Shown here: positions 8,813-17,800 of the stretch, piece after piece
How the letters are laid out: each line of letters opens with the position of its first letter
How positions within the stretch are numbered: the first letter of the stretch is position 1
NCBI GenBank assembly: GCA_963842525.1
Contig: CAWJGT010000019.1
Span: 416,001-480,000 of the forward strand
Source of the DNA: an uncultured Holophagales bacterium
GTDB lineage: Bacteria; Acidobacteriota; Thermoanaerobaculia; Multivoradales; UBA5704
Direction: 5' to 3'
DNA: 64,000 bases
Made by a program: the position numbers and the translations under genes
Notes under the pieces: generated by a model
What the model was told of the DNA's origin: nothing
Databases searched by the model: none
Seen by the model: the letters and a program-made list of their open reading frames with translations, nothing else

Positions 8813-9310
8813 ATGAGCTGGCTCGGCTTCGCCCTGATGACCGTCGTCTCCTGGGGACTCTATGGCGTCTTCCTGCACACCGGCCAGACGGCCATGGCCG
8901 ATCCGGTGAGCGGGCGCTACAAGGCCTTCCTCTTCGTCGGCCTCGCCTACTTCCTGACCGCCGTGCTGGCGCCCCTGCTCGTCCTCAAGGTCCAGGGCGC
9001 CTCGTGGGCGTTTCCCGGGCGGGGCATGGCCTGGTCGCTCCTGGCCGGCACCGTGGGCGCCATCGGAGCCTTCTGCGTCCTCCTCGCCTTCGGCGCCAAG
9101 GGAAGCCCGAGCGTCGTCATGTCCATCGTCTTCGCCGGCGCCCCCATCGTGAACGCCCTCGCCGTCTGGGTGATGCATCCGTCGAAGCTACGCTGGCAGT
9201 TCATGGTCGGCCTGTTGCTCGCGGCGCTCGGCGCCTTCCTGGTGACCTTCTACCGGCCGGCGCCCGCCCCGCCACCCACGGCGCAAGCGACACAGAGCTC
9301 TCTGCAATGA
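8813..9310 (+). CDS. Small multi-TM membrane protein (DMT/EamA-like)
   Basis: GAGGTG RBS; about 5 hydrophobic segments; duplicate of 1-469. Confidence 0.8.
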   Translation: MSWLGFALMTVVSWGLYGVFLHTGQTAMADPVSGRYKAFLFVGLAYFLTAVLAPLLVLKVQGASWAFPGRGMAWSLLAGTVGAIGAFCVLLAFGAKGSPSVVMSIVFAGAPIVNALAVWVMHPSKLRWQFMVGLLLAALGAFLVTFYRPAPAPPPTAQATQSSLQ

Positions 9311-9560
9311 CGAACCTGGAGACGGCGAAGCGGTATCTGAAGGCGATCGAAGACGGGCCCCTTTCGAGGAGGTCGCGGCCTTCTTTACCGAGGACGTGGT
9401 CCAGGAGGAGTTTCCGAACCGGCTCATGCCGAACGGCGCACGGCGGAGCCTGGAGGACATGCGCGAAGGCGCGGCCCGTGGACGGCAGGTCATGTCGGCA
9501 CAACGGTACGAGGTCCTGCGTGCGCTGAGCGATGGAGACTCCGTGGCCCTCGAAGTGCAT
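9307..9560 (+). pseudogene. NTF2/SnoaL-like protein, frameshifted and truncated
   Basis: MTNLETAKRYLKAIEDG / FEEVAAFFTEDVVQEEFPNRL...DGDSVALEV; frameshift at ~9360; ends at the antitoxin 3' end. Confidence 0.7.
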
Positions 9561-9568
9561 CGAGTGGA

Positions 9569-9898
9569 TCATGAAGCCCTCACCGCTCTGCCCGTGATCA
9601 CCTTCGCGAGATCCTGATGTGTAGCTCCGAGAGCAAGAAGCGAGCGGATCAAAAGATCCAACGACACAGACACATCCGCGGCTTCAGCCTTTGCCACGCG
9701 ACTCTGGCTCGATTGGAGCAAATCGGCAAGTTGAACTTGTGTCAGGCGCTTCTTCTTTCTGTATTCGCGGACCGCATCGCTGAGCTTGAGCCTGAGCTCG
9801 ATGTAAGCGGCTTCCTCAGAAGTCAGGCCGAGGAATTCTTCAGCCGATCCGACTCTCCACCCATGAGCTTCGAGACGAGCTTTCTTTTCCTTGTCCAT
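9569..9898 (-). CDS. XRE-family HTH antitoxin (HigA-like)
   Basis: GWRVGSAEEFLGL...LTQVQLADLLQSSQSRVAKAE; lies downstream of the toxin. Confidence 0.85.
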   Translation of the reverse strand: MDKEKKARLEAHGWRVGSAEEFLGLTSEEAAYIELRLKLSDAVREYRKKKRLTQVQLADLLQSSQSRVAKAEAADVSVSLDLLIRSLLALGATHQDLAKVITGRAVRAS

Positions 9899-9909
9899 AG
9901 CTGCAGCTC

Positions 9910-10245
9910 CTAGCCAATCTGGTCATACTCGGCAAGGCGGCGCCGGCAAGCCTGGAGCACCGCCCTTGGAGTCGTCGCCGTCTTCTTCTTGAGAACCTCC
10001 AAGATCACGATGGCATCTAGGTCGATTCTGTAGAAGATCCTCCAAGTCACGTCAGCGTCACCAACGCGCAGTTCGTGGCAGCGGGGGCCGATCGAGGGCA
10101 TGGGGCGCGACTCCGGCATCGAGAGAAGCTCACCTCGTTGCAGGCGTCTCAAGAGATGACCAGCTTCAAGGCGTGCGTACACCGACATGGGTGGGGTCTT
10201 GATCTCGCCGTGCAGCCACACGAGCGCCTTGTCCCCCTCTCCCAT
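9910..10245 (-). CDS. RelE/ParE-superfamily toxin (HigB/Gp49-like)
   Basis: LVWLHGEIKTPP...MPSIGPRCHELRV...WRIFYRID...KKKTATTP. Confidence 0.85.
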   Translation of the reverse strand: MGEGDKALVWLHGEIKTPPMSVYARLEAGHLLRRLQRGELLSMPESRPMPSIGPRCHELRVGDADVTWRIFYRIDLDAIVILEVLKKKTATTPRAVLQACRRRLAEYDQIG

Positions 10246-10344
10246 CGGCGGTAGCATATATGCCAGATCCGACATGAGTCAACTGCCGGTAGAGAGATCC
10301 CTGGCACCTCTGCGCAGCGGTGAAGCAGAAGACGCGCCGCACAC

Positions 10345-10652
10345 ATTCGTCGGCGCCTGCGGTGCTATCTTTGGAAGCAGTGGGGTAGACGAGGCTATCG
10401 GGAGCTGAAGCGTCGGGGAGTAAGTGTGGACCTGGCGTGGAACACGTCGAAGTCGGCGCATGGCCCTTGGCGGTTGAGCCAGAGCCCTGCGTTGACCATC
10501 GCCCTGCCCGCCAGGTACTTCCGGAAGCTGGGTCTACCGAGCTTGGTGAACGGATAGGGAGACCGACTCAATCAACCGAACCGCCGTGTACGTGATCCGT
10601 ATGCACGGTGGTGTGGGAGGGGGGGGCCGTAAAGGGCCCCCCCTATCCCGTT
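10345..10652 (+). mobile_element. Group IIC intron 3' remnant (maturase C-terminus plus domains V and VI)
   Basis: 10345-10557 encodes IRRRLRCYLWKQW...SAHGPWRLSQSPAL...YFRKLGLPSL. Domain V GAACCGCCGTGTACGTGATCCGTATGCACGGTGGTGT (CGC triad) starts at 10578. The domain VI hairpin ends in CCTATCCCG. Confidence 0.9.
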
Positions 10653-10813
10653 ATGCCGACTGATCTTCATTCTTGCCCAAAACTGAGATGCGCTTGACCT
10701 TCGTGGTGTGTCATGCGTTGCTCGCCTCGGCGCAACGGAAGGATCTGCCACCAGCTGAACTACGACTGCTTCGATTCGTGGTGAAACCAGCCGAACGGGC
10801 CGCCTCGGACTCC

Positions 10814-10893
10814 GCTGGGAGCGCCGGCATCCTTGCCGGCCGGCTGACCAAAGACGAAGTAAGAAGGCCGGCAAGGATGCCGGCGCTCCCAGC
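10814..10893. repeat. Perfect 28-bp inverted repeat (REP/REPIN-like doublet)
   Basis: GCTGGGAGCGCCGGCATCCTTGCCGGCC (10814-10841) and its exact reverse complement (10866-10893). Confidence 0.85.
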
Positions 10894-10986
10894 AAATCCT
10901 CGAGAGAGACCTCTGGAAGTGCTGCATGGCGCGCAGCCGAAACTCCGGTTCCATGGGGTCCGTAGTGGGAGCTGAAAGGAGCTCCC

Positions 10987-11322
10987 ATGGATCCAGCGAT
11001 GACAACCACGACCTTCGGGTTCGAGGGGTATCAGATCAAGAGGCAGCTCGGCGTAGTCCGCGGTATCACGGTGCGCTCGCGCTCGATCTTCGGCACGATC
11101 GGCGGCGCGCTCCAGACGCTGGCGGGCGGCAACATCACCCTGTTCACCGAGCTGTGCGAGAAGACGCGCAGCGAGGCCTTCGAGATGATGGTCCGCCATG
11201 CCGAACAGATCGGCGCCAATGCGATCGTCGGCATCCGCTATGACGCGACCGAGGTAATGGACGGCGTGACCGAGGTGCTCTGCTACGGCACCGCGGTCGT
11301 CGTGGAGCGAGCGAGCGCCTAA
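10987..11322 (+). CDS. ybjQ: YbjQ/UPF0145 family protein
   Basis: [11 protein letters not shown]...[11 protein letters not shown]...YGTAV. Confidence 0.85.
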   Translation: MDPAMTTTTFGFEGYQIKRQLGVVRGITVRSRSIFGTIGGALQTLAGGNITLFTELCEKTRSEAFEMMVRHAEQIGANAIVGIRYDATEVMDGVTEVLCYGTAVVVERASA

Positions 11323-11369
11323 CGCTTTCAGGGCCGCTTTCCTGGCCAATGTCGCGACTGAATCGCGAG

Positions 11370-13097
11370 TCAGCCAGTGTACTGAAAGCCTTCCGCAACG
11401 TTGAGGAGTGTCGCACCAATGGCATCGGTGACCGTCACGGCCACGATCCCGTCACTCTTGGCGGGAGGAGTCACGGCTGAAAGTGTATTTGGATCGACGA
11501 CCTGCACACTGGTTGCAGTGTCGCCGCCGAATTTAACCGTCGGGGTGCCGGTGAAGCCCGCTCCCTTAATGACAACCGCTGTGCCACCGGACTTGGATCC
11601 AGAGGCTGGGGACACCGGTGTGTAAAGGTAGGCCCCAGGAAGGGTAGAGGACAGGTTGCCGGTACCGGTGACTGTGACTGCGACACGGCCTGCGGGATGG
11701 GGTGGCGTCACGGCGGACAGGTTCGTGGGTGAGACGAAGTGGCTGGAAGCAGCCTGACCATCAAACGTCACTTTGTCACCAGCCGAGAATCCTGTGCCAG
11801 TGAGCAGGACGAGAGTGTTGCCGTCAATCGACCCTACGTTGGGTGCGATCGAGGTCACCGTTGGTCCGACGGCCGTTGCGGCCGGCGGTATGGGTGGCGC
11901 CTGATTGGCACCCTGCGGCGGCTTGGTCAGGATCGCCTCGGTGATGTCTTTGAGCTTCGCCACGGCCTGTTCACTGAACATCCCCACCAGGATGGCGATT
12001 CCGACAATCAGCAGTCCAGTGCCGCCCTTTTCTGGCTTCCAGAGACCGGCGCGCATGATCAGGTAAAAGGCCGCCGCCACGAGCCCGCCGGTGAAGGGCA
12101 GAAGCACGTACCGGAGGGTCCAGTTCCGCACCAGGGTCTTGTTGCCAAAGTACCAAGAGAGTGAGCGCATGGCGTGGAGTGTGGCGCCCAGCATGCCGGC
12201 GAGGAGGACGGCGATGAAGAGCCGCACCTCGTAGGTGGCGGGGCAGGTGAAGGTATACGCCGCCTGAAGCATGGCGCTCTGGCCGTCGCTGTTGCGCACT
12301 TCCACGTTGACGGGCCCGGCGGGATGACCCGGCGCGGTGACCACGAGCACCTCGTCGCTCCCATGGACCTCGCGTGCTTCGACGCCGCCGAAGGTCACCG
12401 ATGGGTTCTCGAGGAAGCCGCTGCCACGGAGAATGACCTTGCTACCGCCTGTAATCCGCCCGGAATCGGGGGAGACCGACAATAGCTGGACGCGCCGGAT
12501 TTCACGGTACTCATAGCGGACGTTCTCGTTGCTGCCGACGGTGGCGTCCTGGTTTAAGACCTTGACCGACACCGCGCCCGCCGCATGGGCAGGCGCGGTG
12601 AGCCGAATTGTTCCCGAGTCTTGCGGTGTCGCCTGGACTCGCTCCAGACCGTCGAACTCGACAAAAACCGTCGGCGTGAACCCGCGGCCGCGGAGGACGA
12701 TTGTATTGGCGCCGGAGACGGGGCCGCTCCGGGGTTTGATATCTGTGAGATTGGGCTGCGTCCCCGGAGCGGCAAAGGCCGCGGCCGGTGGGTCTGTTGC
12801 TTTCTCGTCGGCGACGATGACCTCAGGCTGACAGCAGAAGGTCTCCAGAGACGGCCAGAGCCCGAGGAGAAGACCGATACAGGCCCCGGTAATCAACAGG
12901 AGATAACCGGCAAGGAGCCCGGCTCCCAGTCCGCGTACCGGAACATCGCCGGCCCCGACGCCAACCGCCGGAGGAGGAGCCACCGAAGGAGGAGCCACCG
13001 GGGCAGGAACCGCTGGGGCGGGAACCGCTGGGGCAGGAACTGCCGGAGCAGGAGCCAGCCTCTTGATTTTAGCGATGAAATCAGACCAGATTCCCAT
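11370..13097 (-). CDS. Membrane protein with four IPT/TIG domains
   Basis: Repeated P.SG...GG..V...G.GF...V.F.G units flank a 3-TM core; start chosen at MGIWSDF, after an AGAGGAG RBS. Confidence 0.8.
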   Translation of the reverse strand: MGIWSDFIAKIKRLAPAPAVPAPAVPAPAVPAPVAPPSVAPPPAVGVGAGDVPVRGLGAGLLAGYLLLITGACIGLLLGLWPSLETFCCQPEVIVADEKATDPPAAAFAAPGTQPNLTDIKPRSGPVSGANTIVLRGRGFTPTVFVEFDGLERVQATPQDSGTIRLTAPAHAAGAVSVKVLNQDATVGSNENVRYEYREIRRVQLLSVSPDSGRITGGSKVILRGSGFLENPSVTFGGVEAREVHGSDEVLVVTAPGHPAGPVNVEVRNSDGQSAMLQAAYTFTCPATYEVRLFIAVLLAGMLGATLHAMRSLSWYFGNKTLVRNWTLRYVLLPFTGGLVAAAFYLIMRAGLWKPEKGGTGLLIVGIAILVGMFSEQAVAKLKDITEAILTKPPQGANQAPPIPPAATAVGPTVTSIAPNVGSIDGNTLVLLTGTGFSAGDKVTFDGQAASSHFVSPTNLSAVTPPHPAGRVAVTVTGTGNLSSTLPGAYLYTPVSPASGSKSGGTAVVIKGAGFTGTPTVKFGGDTATSVQVVDPNTLSAVTPPAKSDGIVAVTVTDAIGATLLNVAEGFQYTG

Positions 13098-13235
13098 TGC
13101 GTTCTCCTCTGGGGTGCTACACCTTTCTGTCTTGCCCTTGGTGTCATGCAGGTGAAGAGACGGACGCCACCATTGATTTTTCCAGAGGAGGGCGGGCTGT
13201 CTCCTCAACGGAAGCGGCTGGCTTTTCGTGAGAAG

Positions 13236-14207
13236 TTACGACTGCTTCGAGCCGTGGTGAGGAGCTGAGCCCGCGATGCTCCAGCCGATCAGGCCGCACA
13301 GGGAGAATCCGAGGGCGTTGGAGGTGCCATGGAAAACCCACATCCTGGGATAGTCCAGCCCACTGAGCGGGAACCAGGACCGGGAGCCATACAGGCCGGC
13401 GAGCACCATGCCGGCGGCGAGGGTGAGGCCGGCGATCGCCCAGAGAAGGCGGGCTCGCGTGGGCCGCGAGGGATCGAAGACCAGCCGGAGGTGCAGCCAG
13501 GCCGCGAGGAGCCCGGCGAGCGCGGTGATCCCGGCGGCCACGGTCTCCAGAAGTGGGCCAGAGCCGAGCTGTGAGGCTGTGATGCCAGTGGCCACCAGGG
13601 GCACCCCGGCGATCACCCCCAGAGCGGCCAGGTTTGCGAGGATTCCCTGCCGCGCCTGTCCTGCCAGGCCGGTCAAAAGGGGTAGGGCGAAACCGGCGTA
13701 GTGGAAGTGCACGGCGGTGAGCAAGACGACGATCGTGGCGAACTGCAAGGGGTGGACATCCGCGCGGTCCAGGAAGGCCCAGCCGGCACCGACGAGAGGG
13801 AAGGCCAGGCCTGCATCGATCGCGAGGTCCGGAGGTGGGCGCAGGCCGCGGCGCAGAAAACGCAGGAGCGCAAGGAGGGCCATGACGCCGGTCGTGGCGA
13901 GCCAGGGCAGGGCCAGGCCGGCCGCTGCAACGCCCTGCGGCAGGATGAAGGCCGCCGCGAGGGCCAGGGCCGCAGGGAGCTGCAGAACCACCGCCGCCCG
14001 CCAGCAACGGCCGGCGCCGCTCGCGAGGTCCTGAGGCTCCACCAGGCGCAAGCCCAAGGGCACCAGGGCCAGGGGCGCCAGGAGGAGGAGGGAGACAACC
14101 CAATCCGCCGAGGACGGGGAGGGCGGCCGGACAGCGAGGAGCGCGAGCCAGATGACGCCGCCCGCGACGGCGCATCTCAGTGCCCAGACGCTCCAGCGGC
14201 GCGTCAC
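13236..14207 (-). CDS. YndJ-like membrane protein
   Basis: LLTAVHFHYAGF and MWVFHGTSNALGF motifs; GTG overlaps the DUF1990 stop. Confidence 0.8.
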   Translation of the reverse strand: MTRRWSVWALRCAVAGGVIWLALLAVRPPSPSSADWVVSLLLLAPLALVPLGLRLVEPQDLASGAGRCWRAAVVLQLPAALALAAAFILPQGVAAAGLALPWLATTGVMALLALLRFLRRGLRPPPDLAIDAGLAFPLVGAGWAFLDRADVHPLQFATIVVLLTAVHFHYAGFALPLLTGLAGQARQGILANLAALGVIAGVPLVATGITASQLGSGPLLETVAAGITALAGLLAAWLHLRLVFDPSRPTRARLLWAIAGLTLAAGMVLAGLYGSRSWFPLSGLDYPRMWVFHGTSNALGFSLCGLIGWSIAGSAPHHGSKQS

Positions 14208-14782
14208 TCCGCCTCCCGCGCCGCTTGCTCCATGGCCGCTTTCGACTCGACCTGGAAGCGCTTCTGGAGCCGCCGTGCCAACGGGCGGCCGAGCCTGACC
14301 ATCCAGTGCCGGGGCCGCGAGAAGGCGAAGAGGTCGTACCACACACTGCCGTCGGCGAGCTGCTCGACCATGAATCGCTCCTCGCCCTGCTCGACGTGAT
14401 CTTCCAGGGTCCCATAGGCGAAGCCGAACCGGCGCACCGGGCTGTCCTCGTCCAGTGTGTAGACGACCCGCGTGGCGTTGAGCCACCAGAGGCCGAAGTA
14501 GCGCACCAGCATAGCGACCTCCAGTTCGGGCGTGATCGGAGCGTCGGGAGCCTGCAGCTCGACCCATCCCAGCCGGGCCATGCGCCAGCTCCGGATCGCC
14601 GCGCACGCCGCCGCAAAGACGGCGTCTCCCGAGCCCAGCCGGACCCGGTTGTGGTCGACCTTGTACCCCGCTGGCGGATCGCCCCGCGAGGCGCCGACCT
14701 CGGCATAGGAGAAGGGCCGGCCGTGCTGCCGGTCCAGGAAGGCCTGGATCCTGGCGGGGGTGGGGCGGCGGAGCGAGATCAC
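14204..14782 (-). CDS. DUF1990 (UPF0548) protein
   Basis: FSYAEVGAS...FGFAYGTLEDHVEQGEERF. Confidence 0.85.
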   Translation of the reverse strand: MISLRRPTPARIQAFLDRQHGRPFSYAEVGASRGDPPAGYKVDHNRVRLGSGDAVFAAACAAIRSWRMARLGWVELQAPDAPITPELEVAMLVRYFGLWWLNATRVVYTLDEDSPVRRFGFAYGTLEDHVEQGEERFMVEQLADGSVWYDLFAFSRPRHWMVRLGRPLARRLQKRFQVESKAAMEQAAREAE

Positions 14783-14849
14783 TGGAACCGGATTCTAGCG
14801 CTGCGGGCTGGATTGTGGCATCTTCTACAGAACCGTATAAGGAATAGGC

Positions 14850-17800
14850 ATGGGCAAGAAGAGCTGCACGATGCGGGTCGCCTGTCGGGTCCTTTGCTAC
14901 ACCCTTCTGCTCCAGGCGAGCCCGGCGGCACAAGGTCAAGGTCTCCCAGCCGCGCCGAGCCCCGAGTGGGTGGAAGCCGGAAGGATCGCCGCTGAGCCGG
15001 ACCGTCCCGCCATCGGGGGCTTGCCGGCGGCCTCCGCGAGCTCGCCAGCACCCCGGCCTCGCCAGACCCGGGCGGCCTCCGTCGAGCCCCGGACCGCTTT
15101 TCGGGCCGAGCTCCGGAAGGCGCCTGCCGAGGAGAGGGTTGAGGAGCCCCCATCGGCGCCGGCCCCCATCCGTCCGGAAGACCTGCCGCCGTTTCCTCCC
15201 GCAATGGAAGGCGCCACCCTGCCCCGCGCCGCGGCCGCGACGGCGCTGACCGCCACCTCGCTGATCCCTGGCTGGAATCTCGCCTCCGTCCAGAACCAGC
15301 CCCCTGATCCCACCCCGGCCGCGGTCTTCTCTTCGATCGCCGGCACGTTCACCCGCGTTTGGGCCTACGACGCCTGTGCTCCGGGAGACCCGTGGAAGGT
15401 CTACGACCCGGCCGACGCGGCGGTCAGCAACCTGACGGCGGTCGATCAGGAGATCGGCTTTTGGATCGAGATGACGGCGCCCGCGCCGGTGCCGAGCCCC
15501 GGCACCCTGGCGGACGAGACCACGATCCACCTCTGCACCGGTTGGAATCTGATCGGCTTCCCGGCGGGTCAGGCGCGGCCCGTGCGCACCGCCCTCTCCT
15601 CGATCGAAGGCAAGTACGCCCGCGTCTTCGGCTTCGACCCGGCGGACACCTCCGATCCGTGGGAGATCTACGACGTGGCGGTGCCCGCCTGGGCCAACGA
15701 CCTGGAGCTGATGCAGCCCGGCCGCGGCTACTGGGTGCTGGCCACGTCGGAGACCGACCTGGTGATCTCCAATGCCGGCGCCGAGCCGGAGGTGGCCATC
15801 ACCGCGCCGTCCGACCTCGCGGTCGTCACCGCGCCTACGGACGTGATCGGAACAGTGAAGAGCGACCGGCTCGAAAGCTGGACTCTGTCCTATCGCGCTC
15901 ACGGCGACGCGGAGGGGGCCGTCTTCGCATCGGGCAACACGCCGGTCGTGAACGGCCGTCTGGGCACGTTCGACCCCACGTTGCTGCTGAACGGCGGCTA
16001 CACAGTGGAGCTGACCGCGACCGACTTCAACGGCCAGAGCAGCACCGTCTCCATCGACGTGAGCGCCGAAGGCCAGATGAAGATCGGCAACTTCACGTTG
16101 CAGTACATCGACCTGGAGATCCCGCTTTCGGGGCTGCCGATCCAGGTGGTCCGGAACTATGACAGCCGCGACAAGCGCCGGGGTGACTTCGGGGTCGGCT
16201 GGACGCTGGAGCTGCGCCAGGGCACGTACCGGAACAACCGTCCGCCAGGAGAGGGCTGGGACATCTCCTCGGGCTTCCTGCCGTGCCAGGAGGTCACCGA
16301 GATCGAGACGCACCTGACGACGATCCGCCTCTCGGACCAGGAGATCTACCGCTTCAAGCCCGGGCTCGCGAGCCCAGCGCCCACGCTGGGCGGCTGCTTC
16401 GCCCAGGCGCGCTTCGATTTCGTGGACGGTCCCGTGCCCGGCGCGACGCTGGCGATCCTGGGCAACACCGAGGTCATCTATCAGAACGGTACCGACTACG
16501 TCGTGGACTCCGGCTCGTTCGAGATCTACGAGCCGCAGCAGGTACGGCTCACCCTGCGTGACGGCCGCGTGTTCGACCTGCACATCCAGCAGGGGGTGAC
16601 CCGGCTCCAGGACGTGAGCGCCAATACCCTCTCGATCACGCCGGGTGCGATCACCCACTCCAGCGGACGCTCGGTGGCGATCCAGCGCGACAGCCTGGGC
16701 CGGATCGCCAGCATCACGGACCCTGCGGCGAAGAGCGTCACCTATGCCTACGACGCCGCAGGCGACCTCGTCTCGGTGACGGATCGCGAGTCGAACACCA
16801 CGCAGCTCACCTATGCAGCCAACCACCATCTGTTGGAGATCGAGGATCCCCAGGGGCGCCAGCCGGTCCGCAATGAGTACGACGGCTCGGGCCGCCTGAT
16901 CCGGACCACGGACTCGCAGGGCAGGACGGTGGAGTTCGAGCACCGGCTCGGCGACCGGGTGGAGGTCGTGACGGACCGGCTGGGGCGCGTCCGCGCCCTG
17001 GAATACGACCAGCGTGGCAACGTCGTGCGGGAGGTGGACACCGCTGGCAAGGAAACCTTGCGGACCTTCGACGCGAAGGACCGCATCCTCACCCAGACCG
17101 ACCCGCTGGGCAACACCACGGCCTATACCTATGACGCGTTCGGAAACATCACCAGAGTCACCGACCCCGCGGGAAACGCCACAGCCTATACCTACAACAG
17201 CCGCGGGCAGGTTCTGGCGATGCTCGACTCTCGCGGCAAGCTGACCAAGCGTACCTATGACGCCAAGGGCAACCTCACCACCGTCATCGATCCGCTGGGC
17301 AACACGACGAGCTACACCTACGACGGCGCCGGCAACGTCCTGACCGAGACCGGCCCGGAGGGCCACGTCACCGCCTATGTGGTGGATACCTTCGGCAATA
17401 CGGTCAAGCAGGTCGATGCTCTCGGCCACGAGACCACCTTCACTTTTGACGCCAATGGCAACGAGCTGACCCGGACGACCAGCCGTACCACGGCCTCGGG
17501 CACGGAGACGCTGACCTGGACATCCGTCTATGACGACGCCGGACGCCTGGTCCGGTCCGTGGATCCCGACGGGACCTTCACCACCACGGCGTACGACCAT
17601 CGGGGCAACGTGGTGGAGAAGGTGGACAAGCTGGGCCGGCGGACGACTTTCGCCTACGACGGTACGGGGCTGCTGACGACGACCGCGTATCCCGACGGCA
17701 CGTCCGAGGTCCGGACGTACGACGCCGAGGGGAGGCTGGCGTCGCAGACCGACCGGGCGGGCCGCACGACGACGTTTGAGCGCGACCCGCTGGGGCGGCT

